From Octopus sinensis (lineage: Eukaryota), in NCBI RefSeq assembly GCF_006345805.1, contig NC_043005.1, forward strand, positions 53,878,001-53,942,000: a DNA stretch of 64,000 nt, in the 5' to 3' direction. The notes beneath the pieces are model-generated. The model saw nothing but the letters and a program-made list of their open reading frames with translations. It was not told the origin of the DNA and made no database searches. This document shows positions 14,427 through 28,600 of this stretch, one piece after another. Each line of letters opens with the position of its first letter. Position 1 is the first letter of the stretch. A program made the translations under genes and the position numbers.

Positions 14427-15046
14427 TATGAGAATCTAAAGTAGGCCACCAAGACCAGATCTTTTATAAGACAGAGAGAACATCAATACTTCATGTTTCT
14501 GAGTTCAGATCTTGCATAGCTTGACATTTCACCTTTTATTTTTGATCAATAAAATAAGTATTTTGGATGAAAACAACATCAACTAGAGAAGATCAATTAC
14601 TTAATCCGAAGTCTAGACTTGTTATTGTCTCCCTCGTATATTAAAGAAGAAAAGGACATTGATTTTAATGTGGCCAATCTGCAGTTCATGCATAATTATA
14701 GATAAAGGAGTGCGCGCATGTGTGTGTGTGTGTGTGGTGTGTGTGTGTGTGTTATGAGAATCTAAAGTAGGCCACCAAGACCAGATCTTTTATAAGACAG
14801 AGAGAACATCAATACTTCATGTTTCTGAGTTCAGATCTTGCATAGCTTGACATTTCACCTTTTATTTTTGATCAATAAAATAAGTATTTTGGATGAAAAC
14901 AACATCAACTAGAGAAGATCAATTACTTAATCCGAAGTCTAGACTTGTTATTGTCTCCCTCGTATATTAAAGAAGAAAAGGACATTGATTTTAATGTGGC
15001 CAATCTGCAGTTCATGCATAATTATAGATAAAGGAGTGCGCGCATG
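14427..15046 (+). repeat. Exact tandem duplication, period 326 bp, bounded by (GT)n
   Basis: 14427-14720 and 14753-15046 appear identical base for base. Confidence 0.92.
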
Positions 15047-15231
15047 TGTGTGTGTGTGTGTGTGTGTGTGCGTTGATGTTCATTCAAATTGACTTTGCCT
15101 GGTACATCGTTCATTATCATCTAGAAACGGTCATAAAAGTTTAAAAATTTAACAAAAGTGATGGACCTAGATATGCAATGAAAGTAGTTAAGTATGATAT
15201 ACATCATGCATAGACTTGTAAAAAACTTATG

Positions 15232-15288
<57 letters not shown>

Positions 15289-16040
15289 AAGAGAGAGAAA
15301 TGTATGTGTATATGTATGTGTGCATGTATGTACATTTATATATATATATATGCATAAGTACATCTATATAAATACATATATATATATATATAAGTGTAAT
15401 AAACGTATGCTTATCTATCTAACCTCTGACTGTCCCTTACTCTCTCCACGTGTATGTTTATGCGAAGGATGGTGTGTGCTTGTGTATGAGTGTTTATTAT
15501 ATGAAAAGTTGAAAGTCATTTCTGCTTTGTCCCAGACGTGTCTGTTCACGAATCTGAAGTAGAATAAATTCTTTGCAATTTACAAAGTGGTGTTCTGAGC
15601 TTGGATATATGGAAGTGGGTGCTAATAAGTGCCTATGAAAATTAATTTAAAGATTCCTTCTTCAGAGTGTTCAATATATCCCATACTTGATCGTTGGTGA
15701 ATCAGACATCAGGAACATTATGCAGTTCCAATAGGGAAGGTCTTCTTATATCTTGCATTTGGTCTGTATATCATTCTATTTCCCAAGTATATTTTCTCGT
15801 TTTTTTTTTGTCAGTATTTTTCCCAAATGTTCATTGATGAGAGATGCTACAAGACTTTGTGAACTCTGACAGCTTCATGATGAGCTGGTATCTCCCACAG
15901 ACTCTTGGAGTTGTACCTCATCATTGACTTCCAGCATTGAAGATCAGATTATTTTTCTCACTGTTCTTAGATTATTTTTATCAGCAATACTCTGAAAACA
16001 GTGCTTCCATTGGCCTGATATTGTTGTTACTATCTCTGTA

Positions 16041-16536
16041 CAGTAATCTCTTGCTATATCACAGTCCACCTATCACGTCCTCAGTACATCATGGATTTTC
16101 TGGCTAATGCATGTAATTTTATATTGTGGACACCTCAGTATATCGAGGGTTTCTGCAGCCAGTAGGTATTTGTATTTTTTTTAGATTTTAATTATATCTC
16201 TGGTAAAATAAGAATATTTACGCCAAATAATTAATAAATTAATAAATAGAAAGACAGTACAGTATTGCATTGCATAACACATTAATCAAAATATATTAAA
16301 AGAGAATACATAGTGTACCATAGAGGAATAAATAAAGAATCACACATACTGTATGGAAAACGAAACTTGAGAGGTAAGTGTATGATGTTGTTTTGCATTT
16401 ATAATAAAATAAATACATACAAATTATAAAAATGATAATAAAAAATAAACAGTACAGTACTGTTTACACTTTGTGGATTTTCACCTTTTGCAGGGGATTT
16501 TGGAATGTAACACCCATGATAGTTGAGGGATCACTG
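16041..16536. mobile_element. pogo/Tigger-like non-autonomous element
   Basis: TA|CAGTAATCTCTTG ... GAGGGATCACTG|TA termini. Confidence 0.65.
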
Positions 16537-17811
16537 TAGTCCTCTACCATTTCTCTGCTTTGCCTCCACTTCTTGCTTTTCACCATCAACTCTAACACTT
16601 AATTCTATATGTGAGAGCTAAATTTTCTGCATCACCACACCTTCTTATTTGCTCTTGCTATGAGATACGTTATTGGGAGAGCCTTGTGGTCTTTGATAAC
16701 TTCAAAACCTGCAAGTCATATGCAGCAGATTTCATCCAGCCACTTAATTTTTGTTTGATTCTTCTTTACATCTTTTTTAGTCAGGAGAGCAGAGAAAATT
16801 TCATGTTCCTTTACAAGTTCTTCAAGAATTGTTTGGGTAGGGAGGTAATTATCCTGAAAATGCATAGTGGGCCTGAAGGCTTGCAACAGAACTAACTGCA
16901 TGATTTCTACAATTGGATGCTCTTCCTACTGTCAGCCCTTTTACAGAGTGTACTTGGTGCTTTTTACATAGTACCAACACAGGTATTTACATAGTACCAA
17001 CACAGGCATTTTACGTGGCATCAGCAGTTGTTAAACTATAAATATCTATGTTTAAAAATGTTAGTACTTTGCCATATTCTCCTGCTTATATTTTATTAAT
17101 CCATGTATGTTTGCTTCAAAATTTTCAATTATCAAATTTTGAGGGTCGTATTTGTTGCTACCTCATTTGAGACTAACAAGGAAGGCAAAAATATAAGGCG
17201 TCAAAAATGTCAAAAATTGTCAGTGCCCAAACTTCTAAAATTCCTTGCAGGAAAATGAGACAAAAGAAAACAAGACAAAAGACCTTTCCTTTCCAGCAAA
17301 TTAAAAATGGTAAATTCAATTCTTTGCCAGAGTCATACTAGAGACATCTCTTCACCAAGATCGGAAATATTATGAATCATTATAATTAAGGTATCACCAA
17401 AATGGTCAGATTTTTAGATAGAATTTATTGTCGTATATTTTTAGGCTCTCTGCTGTTCAAGTTTGAATCCTCCTGAAGTTACTTTTGTGTTTTATCTTCC
17501 AGGGTTGATAAATAAAGCACTGGTACAGATTTGAGATTTAGTAGAATAGAATGGGCATTGCATGAGATGACTTGCAGTAACTTTTCCAGTTCTTTATGCT
17601 CTGTGTTCAAATTTTGCCCAGACATTCACTTCCCGTTAATGGCCAAGTCTATCATCAAATCATGAGAGCCACAATTTTTTATGAAAGCTGCAGTATATTG
17701 GAGGTGGAGGTTGGGAGAATTTATGAAACTGAAGATGAAGAGAAGTGAAGGAGTAAGAAAAATTTATGATACTAAAGATGAAGAAAACAGGAGGGGTGAG
17801 AGAGCCAAAGC

Positions 17812-17889
17812 AGGAAAGAAGAAGAAGAAGAAGGTGGGGAAGGAGGAGTGGAGGTGGAAGAAGAAGAAGAAGAAGAAGAAGAAGAAGAA

Positions 17890-17920
<31 letters not shown>

Positions 17921-17945
17921 AACAACAACAACAACAACAAGACAA
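17812..17945. repeat. (GAA)n/(AAC)n tract
   Basis: Direct reading. Confidence 0.9.
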
Positions 17946-19003
17946 TATTATAAATTGTACATTTGATTAGCTATGTGGTAGGCATCTAGTAACAAAATTA
18001 AAAAGGGAGAAAAAAAAGAGACATAGATATGAACATGTTTGTATAAATATATATATGTTTATATAAAATATATTTACATCCACCATTTACCTCCTCCACT
18101 GTGCCTCGACTGACCTGCAAATGACCTTACTATATATATTATTGTTCTATATTTGATCAGAAATTCTATAATTTGGCAAGCCTGTCTGTTTCTATTTTCA
18201 GTCTAGTGATAGATTCCTATGTATAAACTGCTTATATGCACAGATAAACAAATATAATGTACAAAATGTGCATGTGTGCATATGGATATGGAAGTACATG
18301 TGTTTGCTTAGCTGTGTAAATAGACAGCTTTCAGCTCGTACTGTTTTATGTGTGTGCTCTTTTTATTATCTTACTATATACACATCTGTGAGTATGAATT
18401 CACAAACAGACATACACAGACACACACATACATATACACAAACACACATGCACAAATGTATGTATATGAAGCCATTTATATATCTACATTGTGTGCATGT
18501 ATGTGTTAGTGAATGTATATACGGGCATATTAATGGCTATTGATTTGCTGTACATATAACAGTATCAGGCAATTTTCTTTCTCTCTCTGTATCAATCGTT
18601 TACTATATGTATGCATGCAAATACATACATGCATACATGCATACACACATACACACACACATACATACATACATACATATATATATAAATATATATTTGT
18701 GTGTGTATGTATATCTGAGTATGTGTATATGTATGTATATCTATATATACATATATATGTGTGTGTATGTATATTTATCTATCTATATATATATATGTAT
18801 GTATGTGTGCATATATATATATTTATTTATTTATACTTATATTGCATATATCACATGTATATGCAGTCTGATCAATAAGTATTGGGACTGTTGCTATAGT
18901 AACGAAGCTAAAGCATGTAGAGTGAAACTGCTAGGCACAGATTAACCTTGAACTTTTCTGTGCATGTGCACTTAGTTTTTATGCTCTAGCACACTCCCAC
19001 TGT

Positions 19004-19510
19004 TTACAGCAGTGCTTGGAAGGAAGGTGTGTAGTGTGTGATTGCCACATTGACCATGACAGAGAGAGAGAGTTGAGCAGAGAGTCTGCAACAAATTTTT
19101 CCAGAAGCTCGGTGATACCTATTCAGAGGCCTATGCAAAGTTTTCAAAGCATTTTCATCATTCTCGACACAATCAAGGAAATCTTGTGTAACTGAAACCA
19201 GAGTGTCTTTTTGGTCAACTGAAAGCAGCTTTGGCACAAACTAGGCAGACATGTATCTCATACTCAAATCTTCTGCGATAATGGACTGAACAGAACTGTA
19301 ACTATCTGCACATCCTCTGATAACTCATGGATGGTGATTTGATGATGCTACTCCAGACTGATGATGAGTAATGACTCTGAAACTAGTCTCTGGATGCTGG
19401 CTTTGCTGGGTGGAGGTGCTTATCTCTCCTTTGTAAATATAAGGACACAGGAAATGCATCAAGGCCAACAGAAAACAATGTTTCCTAGGGTTAAATAGCA
19501 GTTGCATTCT
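19004..19510 (-). mobile_element. mariner transposase remnant (HTH/WVP region)
   Basis: SYSSVQSIIAEDLSMRYMSA*FVPKLLSVDQKDT.VSV.QDFLDCVENDEN.LKTL. Confidence 0.85.
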
Positions 19511-20465
19511 TCCCTTTCATGGGACTGTCACATTAAGTTGACAACATACCATCACTTTATTGCACTGCTGCTGTATAAATCTCTCTGAGAGATTTAGAAA
19601 TGTGTTATTTCAAATAATGCATTAATGTTGATTATGAATATCAACAGCAGAGCTGAATATTGATTTCAGATTTTGGCACAAGGCCAGCAATTTCAAGGAA
19701 GGAGTAAGTCGACTGCATAAATCCCAATGCTCAACTGGTACTTACTTTATCAACCCTGAAAGGATGAAAGACAAAGTTGACTTTAGTGGGATTTGAACTC
19801 GGAACATAAGAACGAACAAAATACTGCTAAGCATTCTGCCTGGCATGCTAATGATTCTACCAGCTTGCCACCACAAATACCGTTGAGCATTTTGCCCGGC
19901 GTTCTAATGATTCTGCCAGCTCGCTACCTTAGATCAGGTGAATATTGGTCCCATTGAAGTGAATCCATTGAAAAATCATGCAAGTGTTGTCAACATGAAG
20001 AGCATTCCTAGAAAATCAGGTAACTATTGACAACAAGAATGGCACCTGACTCTAAAAATCCTACTTCTCATACCAACCCATATCTAAGCTATTTTGGTAT
20101 AGAAAAGCAAATGTTAAATGAATGAACAAACCTATGTATAGTGATAACTTGATCAATGAATGGAAGCGTGTATGATTTAATGCATGCATCAGTGTGTGTG
20201 TGTGCATGCATGCACACGTGTGTGTGTGCATGTGTGAGCAAGTTTCTATGCATATATAAATGTATCTAATCAGACAAGCACAAAGCAGATCAACGTACAA
20301 TCAAAGAATTGTTGTAAATGCTACCTCAGACTGAAACACATTGTTCCAAACCTGGATTAAGAAAGCTGTTTACAGATTAATGTTGTTATCTTTCCATTGG
20401 AAATGTATTAATTGATATCTCCCATGCACACTAATGAGCATTGTAATTTATTCACATGCATGTTT

Positions 20466-20472
20466 CTATTAC

Positions 20473-20508
<36 letters not shown>

Positions 20509-20537
20509 CATTATTATCATTATTATTATTATTATTA

Positions 20538-20580
<43 letters not shown>

Positions 20581-20582
20581 CA

Positions 20583-20613
<31 letters not shown>

Positions 20614-20689
20614 CATTATTATCATTATATTATTATTATTATTATTATTATCGTTATTATCATTATTATCATTATTATTATTATTATCA

Positions 20690-20720
<31 letters not shown>

Positions 20721-20778
20721 CATTATTATCATTATTATTATTATATCATTATTATCATTATTATTATTATCGTTATTA

Positions 20779-20811
<33 letters not shown>

Positions 20812-20812
20812 G
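20466..20812. repeat. (ATT/ATC)n microsatellite
   Basis: Direct reading. Confidence 0.95.
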
Positions 20813-21083
20813 TTGTTACACATATGTATCACCTAGATTTGACATCCATTTAACGAAATTTCTGGCTGCAAATTGCTTCTTTTTTTTTTCATGATCATCG
20901 TTATTGTTGCTGATGATGTTGTTGATGATGATGTTGATGATGTTGTTTGATGCTACATTTATTTAGTCTCATATCAGCCTTAAATCAGTTAATACATGAT
21001 CAATTGCATTTCACCTATGACCATCCTAGCTTATTTTCAGGTATGCTATTCCTTATGCAAGCATACATGCGCGTATTGCAAGT

Positions 21084-21147
<64 letters not shown>

Positions 21148-21320
21148 TGTATGTATAAATAGATGCATAAGTAAATGAATGGAATTTTAGTATTTATTTG
21201 ATTGGCTACCTGCTTGGTGACAAGATTGTAAAGGAAACAGTCTCGTGCTATTAGATATCATTCATAGACGATTCATTCTCCAAATTTTTAGGAGGCTTTG
21301 CAAAGTTTTTGCTGTTCCAG

Positions 21321-21351
<31 letters not shown>

Positions 21352-21429
21352 CCATCATCGTCTCAGTGTTCTCGGTCTTACTTGCACTGGTTGATTTTTT
21401 GAGAGAGGACAAGAACTTTTTGTTATTCT

Positions 21430-21675
21430 TCTTCTTATTATTATTATTATAGACATCGCACAGTATTCAATAACGTGAGGTTGTTGATTGAAGATATTGT
21501 ACCGACCAGGGGTTTGTACAGTTTGCTAAGTCACAACAAGGACCTCAGACAGACAGTACTTTACACAATATGCGTGCAGTTCCAAGCAATGCCGACTTTT
21601 GCAATACACCTAGTATGTAGGGTATTTCTAAGGTTTTCAGATGTTTTTTCAGATTGGGTGGTATTGAATCATTAG
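21430..21675 (-). mobile_element. 3' end of an R4/Dong-like (RLE) non-LTR retrotransposon next to (TAA)n
   Basis: PPNLKKHLKTLEIPYILGVLQKSALLGTARILCKVLSV*, followed by a short UTR ending in (TAA)n. Confidence 0.7.
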
Positions 21676-22422
21676 TGCACTGGACAAAATGTTTCATGGT
21701 ATTTCACTTATCACTATGTTCTGAGTTTAAATTCTGCCTAGGTCGACTTTGCCTCTCATTTTTTCAAGGTCAATAAATTAAGTCCCAACAAAACATTAGG
21801 TTCAATGTCTCCTCACCCATATTTCAGGCCTTGTGGCTTTAGTAGAAAGGATTATTATTATTGTTGTTATTATTATTATTGTTATTATAATTGTTATTAT
21901 TATTATCATTATTATTATTAGTGAAGGCAGAAAATGGCAGAATTGTTAGCATGCCAGACAAAATACTTAGTGGTATTTCATCTATCTTTATGTTCTGACT
22001 TCAAATTCTTCAGAATTCAATTTTGCCTTTCATCCTTTCAGAGTCAATAAAATAAGTACCAGTTGAGTACTGGGACTGATGTAGTCAACTACTCTCCTTC
22101 CGCAAATTTCAGGTTTTGTGCCTATAACTGAAAGAATTATTGTTGTTGTTGTTGTTACTTATAGTATATGAGTTATGTAGCTGTGTTGTTTCTTCAAGAA
22201 TTCAAGCTCTATGATACTTTGATACAAGTAGATTTATGCATATCCACCCACCAGTAATTAGTAAAAAGCTGAATATATTACATGTTGGTCCTAGATTTGT
22301 AAGCTCCTCATCAGTGGCCTCTCTATATCAACTACCTTTATTTATATAAATACAACGAGCTTCCACGCAGTTTTCTATCTACAGAATTCATTCACAGAGA
22401 ATTGGTCAGCTTGGTCTTATAC

Positions 22423-22857
22423 TCTTTACTCTTTTTACTCTTTTACTTGTTTCAGTCATTTGACTGCGGCCATGCTGGAGCACCACCTTTAGTCGAGCAA
22501 TTCGACCCCAGGACTTATTCCTTGTAAGCCTAGTACTTATTCTATCACTCTCTTTTGCCGAACCGGTAAGTTATGTGGGACGTAAGCACACCAGCATCGG
22601 TTGTCAAATGATGTTGGGAGGGGGGGGACAAACACAGACACACAAACACATACACACACATACATACATACATATAAATATATACATATATACAACGGGC
22701 TTCTTTCAGTTTCCGTCTACCAAATCCACTCACAAGGCTTTGGTCGGCCCAAGGCTATAGTAGAAGACACTTGCCCAAAGTGCCATGCAGTGGGACTGAA
22801 CCCGGACCATGTGGTTGGTAAGCATGCTACTTACAACACAGCCACTCCTACGCCTAT
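22423..22857 (-). mobile_element. Major SINE family
   Basis: Same consensus. Confidence 0.85.
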
Positions 22858-25209
22858 AGTAGAAAATCCTTGCCCAAGGTTCCATACAGTGGTACTAAAC
22901 CTAAATCCATGTGACTGTAAAGCAAGCTTCTTAATTGCACGGTCATATGGATCTTGTTTTAACATTGTGGTCCCAGACTGCAATATCAAGTTGATCATGT
23001 TTAATTTTATTAATGTTTCTATATTTAGGTTCCATTCATATTTCTTCAATTCATCAGTTTCAATATTTTCATTTTTATTCATTGCTATTTTTCTCCTTCA
23101 CTTTTTGTTCCAGATTGTTCTGGCTGCCACGTTGTCTCATGGGAAGTTAGTATATAAATGATATTCTTTTACAGTTGGTAACAATGTGAGTAGTGTCATT
23201 GGTTTTGATTTTACCTAGCATACATTTATTGTCAGCTGATGTTTCCTGATTTTTGTGTTACAGGTCCTGGTGAGGATTTCTTGTTCCTGAATTTCATAGC
23301 GGTACCCTTCAAACTGAAATAGTTCTGTATATATCAATGTGTGTATGTGTGTGTGTTTGTATGCATATATATATGTATCTATTGATATATGTATAGACTG
23401 CATGTATGTATGTGTGTATGTATGCATGCATGCATGTATTGATATATGTATAGACTATGTGCATGCATTTAGATATGTATTTATGAAGTATGTATAAACA
23501 GAATATATATGTATGTATATATGTATTTTTGTATGTATTTATGTATGTATGTATGTATGTATGCATGTATGTATGTATGTATATACATTTTCTATTCCTG
23601 AGCATTATACTAATACATCTGTTTGTTTTGTACACCACCTGTCTTCGTCTTTTGTTTTTTTCGTGAACTCTCCCTATATATATATATATATATATATAGG
23701 ACGTCTGTATGTATTTATTATTGTATTTACACATCTATGATGTATAGATGTATGATGTGTGTATATGTGATGTGTGTGATGTATATATGTACATATACAT
23801 AAATCATTTAGTTATCTAAAATTTCTATTTAACTCTAAACTATTGAAACAACGCTGGTTGTTAATTTGAACTCAGAGAGGTTAAAAACAAAATCAATAAA
23901 CAAGATATAAAAAAACAAAATCTTTTTTTTAAAGAACATTCTAATTTATTAAATAAATAGAAAAAACAATCATAGTGCAAGCAGAAAATAATTTTTAAAA
24001 AATACAGAAATAAATTTGTAAAACTTTAATGAAAATGAAAATAAAAGTATGTAAAAAAATAAAGAGAAATAAAATACATCCTCAGAAAGAATTTTAATTC
24101 TTTCAAGTTCCAGAGGACAATAAGAACTTGGAACTGTTTGGACATGACTAGAAATGATAGCTAACTCTACATTATAGATAAAAGTGGCAGTTTTATGAAA
24201 CTAAATGAGTCGTAATGTTGTGTTAAAAATAGTGATCTTTATGAAAACAATACTAAGTTCACATTATATTGTTTTTTATTCAGGTTTTTTTTCTGACTTG
24301 ATTCATTCGTTGGTTAAAAATAGAATGTTTACTAAAGATGAGGATAATAACATAAGTCAGAATGCATAATATGATATTCATGGCTTTTGTGATACTGAAA
24401 AAAATACAACAACAAAAAAGCTAAAATATTCTTTTGTAATACAAAAGAAAATACAATTCTAATGTAACAATTTTTGTATTCTGGACAGAAATTATTTTTC
24501 TTCACTTTTAGCTGGTTCATATATTTATTTAAAGGACCAAAATATATATATAAGAAATCTACATAAATTCACCAATTTTAGTCATAAAAATTTTTTTTGT
24601 ACCAAAAAGAAAAGAATGAAAAAAAATGTCAAGGAAAAGTCTTCGTTAATTATTTGAATATCTTTGTTTTGAAAGAAGAAAAACAGAAACTTATGATTTC
24701 CATGTAAAGAGATATTATTACAACTGCTAAAAATAGTGAAATACAAATAAGAATTTATTCAAAGTAATTATGGAAAATAATGCAGAAAGAAGAGGTAAAT
24801 AAACATTTTAGATTCATAAATATAGAAACATATTTTAACATATGTGGTTTATTTCAAGTGTTTATCTTCAAATTTCTGACTTTTTTATTTCGTTTCAAAA
24901 GTATATTCATAAGCTTAACAGCATAAAAGAAAGCTAATTATTATGCGTTAATCTTAGTCTGTCATTATTGAAATAACCTATAACATGTGACATGTGAAGA
25001 ATATATAAGTCAGAAATCATGCATGCCAATCTGTGATTAAAAGTACCTATGTAGTCTCTTAACTAGCTAGAAATAGCAGTGAAATTTCACTGGAATCATA
25101 TTGTGATCTTTAGAAAGGGAAGGACACACATTAAATGAAGTATTTCTGGATTTGATCAAAGGTTTACATGATCGGCATTGATATGAAATTAAACAAAGAA
25201 CATAAATCA

Positions 25210-25396
25210 TAAATACAGTTCTATATTTAAGGGATGAAGAATTATGTGCATTATTTACATTATTTACATTCAACAGATATTTGTCCTCATCTTGTTTGTT
25301 GTTAACACAACGTTTCAGCTGATATACTCTCCAGCTGTCTTCAGGTATTCTTGGGAAATTTCAAACCTGGGTTCTCATTCCTAAGATATTTTTCAA

Positions 25397-25436
<40 letters not shown>

Positions 25437-25520
25437 GTTCAGGTCCCGTGGGCATATGGTGTAGTGGTTAAGAGCACAGGCTACTAACCCCAAGATTCCG
25501 AGTTTGATTCCAAGCAGTGA

Positions 25521-25571
<51 letters not shown>

Positions 25572-25669
25572 CAGCAACATCGAAAAATACCTTAGGAATG
25601 AGAGAGCCCAGGTTCGAAATTTCCCCAAGATACCTGAGGAAGGCTGGAGGTTATATCAGCCAAAACGTC
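25210..25669. mobile_element. tRNA-headed, HHR-tailed SINE-like element: + copy 25448-25669 preceded by an inverted headless copy 25210-25445
   Basis: A box TGGTGTAGTGG (25457-25467), B-box-like GAGTTTGATTCC (25500-25511), then an (AAT)n linker. HHR motifs at 25629-25669 (+) and 25304-25349 (-). Confidence 0.8.
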
Positions 25670-28600
25670 TCTCACTAAATGAAACTCTAGGGGGAGCTGA
25701 ACAGCAGAAGGTCTTCAGAGAATAATTCCCTTCTCCACACACTCATGAAAGTATCTCAACCCTTAACATCTTACTCTCCAAGGGAATTTGGCCAGGCTGC
25801 CCCCATACCATGACTCCTGGATAATTCTCTGCTGCAAAGTCTGTGCTACTTCTTTGAGTAGTATCAGAGCTGTGATCTCTCAGTTCGAAGCAGTAGTGGC
25901 TCAACTTTCTGATCACAGAGCTATGCACACTCTATTGAGTACTGTTACTTCAAAGACTCATTGAAAAAACCCCATTTCTGCTGCTTGGATGTGCTATTGT
26001 ATTCATTTGACTATTGGACATGTAGTTAGAATGACCCAGGAAAGAATTGCTGAACAAGTTTTATGGGCAAAACCAATCATCATGAGACCCAGGGGTAGAC
26101 CATGAGCAAAAAGGGTTGGATTTCAACCATGAGCTTAGGTGGTCTTACTCGATGATCCAGCCAAGACAACTGGAGATGGCTGCTTCTGACAGGATTTGAT
26201 GGAAGGTGTGCATATGAACTCTGCCTCCCATCCCTCTTGGGTATATACAAGTGAAGAAGATGAGATGAGATTTTCTTAGTGACCCTATTTGGAATGAAAT
26301 CTATAGCAACATTGTAGTTATTGAAATTCAATAGTCTTTACTACTACTGCCATCAGTAGTAGAAAAGGCAAAATGTAAGAGGTTTTGGTGTACCATAAAG
26401 ATATAAAATATCTGAACCTAACATCAGGTCCTATTATACATTGATATACATAATGTATGAAAAACGTATGACTAAACAGTCAAGATTTTAATTTACTATG
26501 TAAGGGAATAAGAGTGAATATTGTGGACAACCTAACTATAAGTGACATTCTTAAGATTTAAATAAAATAAAAAGATGTTACACGATTTACTTAATAATTG
26601 TGCAACATCTCCTATACTTTCTCTATCATATTTAATCCTATCTATTCGTATATACATTTCAAGGCAAAATTACTCAAAGTTTATAAAATCCTTCATTTAC
26701 ACACAGCTACATATACATATCTGAAACTTTACATAATATAACTGTATTAATACAGATGATATTCATTGATTAGGTTTGGAAAAATTACAGTCTAAACAGC
26801 TAGGATTTGAACTCATTATCTAAAAGATAAGTTTAAGATTTAAATAAATATGTTGCCCAATGTTCAGTTCTTTCCTTTAATCTTTCAACTGTATTTTAAT
26901 TATATCTATTAGCATATAAACTTCACTGCAAAGTAATCTGTGAAAAAGAAGCATACACATATCATTTTACGCACACATATCTATAATTATATTCAGCTTC
27001 AAATTTTAAAAAGCAGGTAATGTTGAAATACTAGAAGTAATTTTGAACATTATGATAATGTGTGTATTTCTAGCTTGTTTTTTCTTGAAATATCTAATAT
27101 AGTCCTGTCAGTCTTAATTACAGAATTTTAATTCAAATAACTTTCAGTTTTCAGTTACTCTTTAGAGTAACTTTTGTTTCAGGATCTTTTAGTCTAAACA
27201 AAAGTAATGAAATAAAACTTTTAAAATACATCTGAATATTTCTATTCCTCTTTCATAAACATCTTTTCAAAATATCTGAACTTTTTCATTTCTCTTTCAC
27301 TTTTAAATGAATCTGAAGAGAGTTTGACAGCAATAAAGGTTAAGAAAATGTCAAATAGTTGCTGTTGCGTATTTAGCAATTCTCGTAAAGTCTCCAGTCT
27401 TTTTAACACAAATGAATCAATCATAGAAGTCACTGTTGCTACAATATGACATTTCACCAATCTCCTTAAGAACGGAAGAGTCCTTGCTCTTTCACAGATC
27501 AGTTCTGTAAAAGCCTTTGGCTTAACATTGCCAAATATCCATGTGCCTTTCTGAAAACACTTGGCTGCAATACATCGGCTGCTCATCCATGAAAAGTCTT
27601 TAAGTAATGAGCCATTCTTCACCAACAACAAACTTGCCACAAATCAATACTAACATTGTCACAATCAAAGAAGTCATTGAGGAAAGGGCCTCAGCTTATT
27701 TCTGACAATATTTTCCACTTGAATTGTCCATGATTACTTTGTGATAGAGTGTTCTTTTAGAAACTATAACATTCTTGTTTCAAATCCTAAAGGCTTCTAA
27801 CATCAAGATCTATTTGTGCTGATAATTTATATGCATTTTGTTTGCAGAAAAATATTGAAAAATTAAATTATAAAGTAACCACTTTATGCAATTTAGTACA
27901 TACATGTATATGTGAGTGTATGTACAGCTCTGAATGTTATAAAGTAAATTAAATTATAAAGCTTCTGTTTCAGATTTTCTCACTGTTCCTCTTTTCTGCC
28001 ACAAATCTCTGCTGAAAATATCTATCACTCTACTCCAAATATCTTAGTAGTTAATTCATTCATAAAATATAATTTTTTCCAGTTATTACCATAAGGTTTG
28101 TTCAATAGAAAGCAGATGTTAGAAAACAAAAATCTTAATACATTAATATGCATTGAATATAAACATGGACATTGATGCTATATGAAATAGAAAAAATAAA
28201 TTGGTGTTCATTCCCACCTGACACTTATTTTTGTATTTCACTTAATATTTTATCTCTCCAGTTGTCCATATTTACATACAATATATATACAAATTTATTT
28301 TTTGAGGAAATCTTAGCTTAATAATAAATTAATTAAAAATCTTAATGTTTTCTTCATTGAAGTAATTAAGTTATTAATTACATAACTCTTGTGATGTTAA
28401 AGTAATAAAATAAAATATGTTTTTGCTTGTAGAGATTCCTGCTGTTCATTGCTTCTAATTGCTTGTATTTTTAAATTATTCATATTATAAATTAGAAAAT
28501 TAATTCGTTTTTGACATGTCTTATTTTCTTAAGAAAATTGAGATACTTTTATTGTAAAAATATGCATGTAGCACATGTTGCTGCAATTAACGCATAGCAT

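Noticed and set aside
22290-22318. CTGATGAG as an HHR core (also at 12146 and 28670)
   Set aside because: No properly placed GAAA with stems II and I.
24100-24800. Decayed coding-like AT-rich tract, including LYIIDKSGSF (MIDAS-like)
   Set aside because: Frequent stops in all frames and only a 5-residue motif; it cannot be distinguished from chance without a search.
25448-25520. tRNA gene (also at 29135-29210, 44700-44762 and 56155-56230)
   Set aside because: A and B boxes are present but there is no acceptor stem or terminator, and each continues into a repeat body. These are SINE heads.
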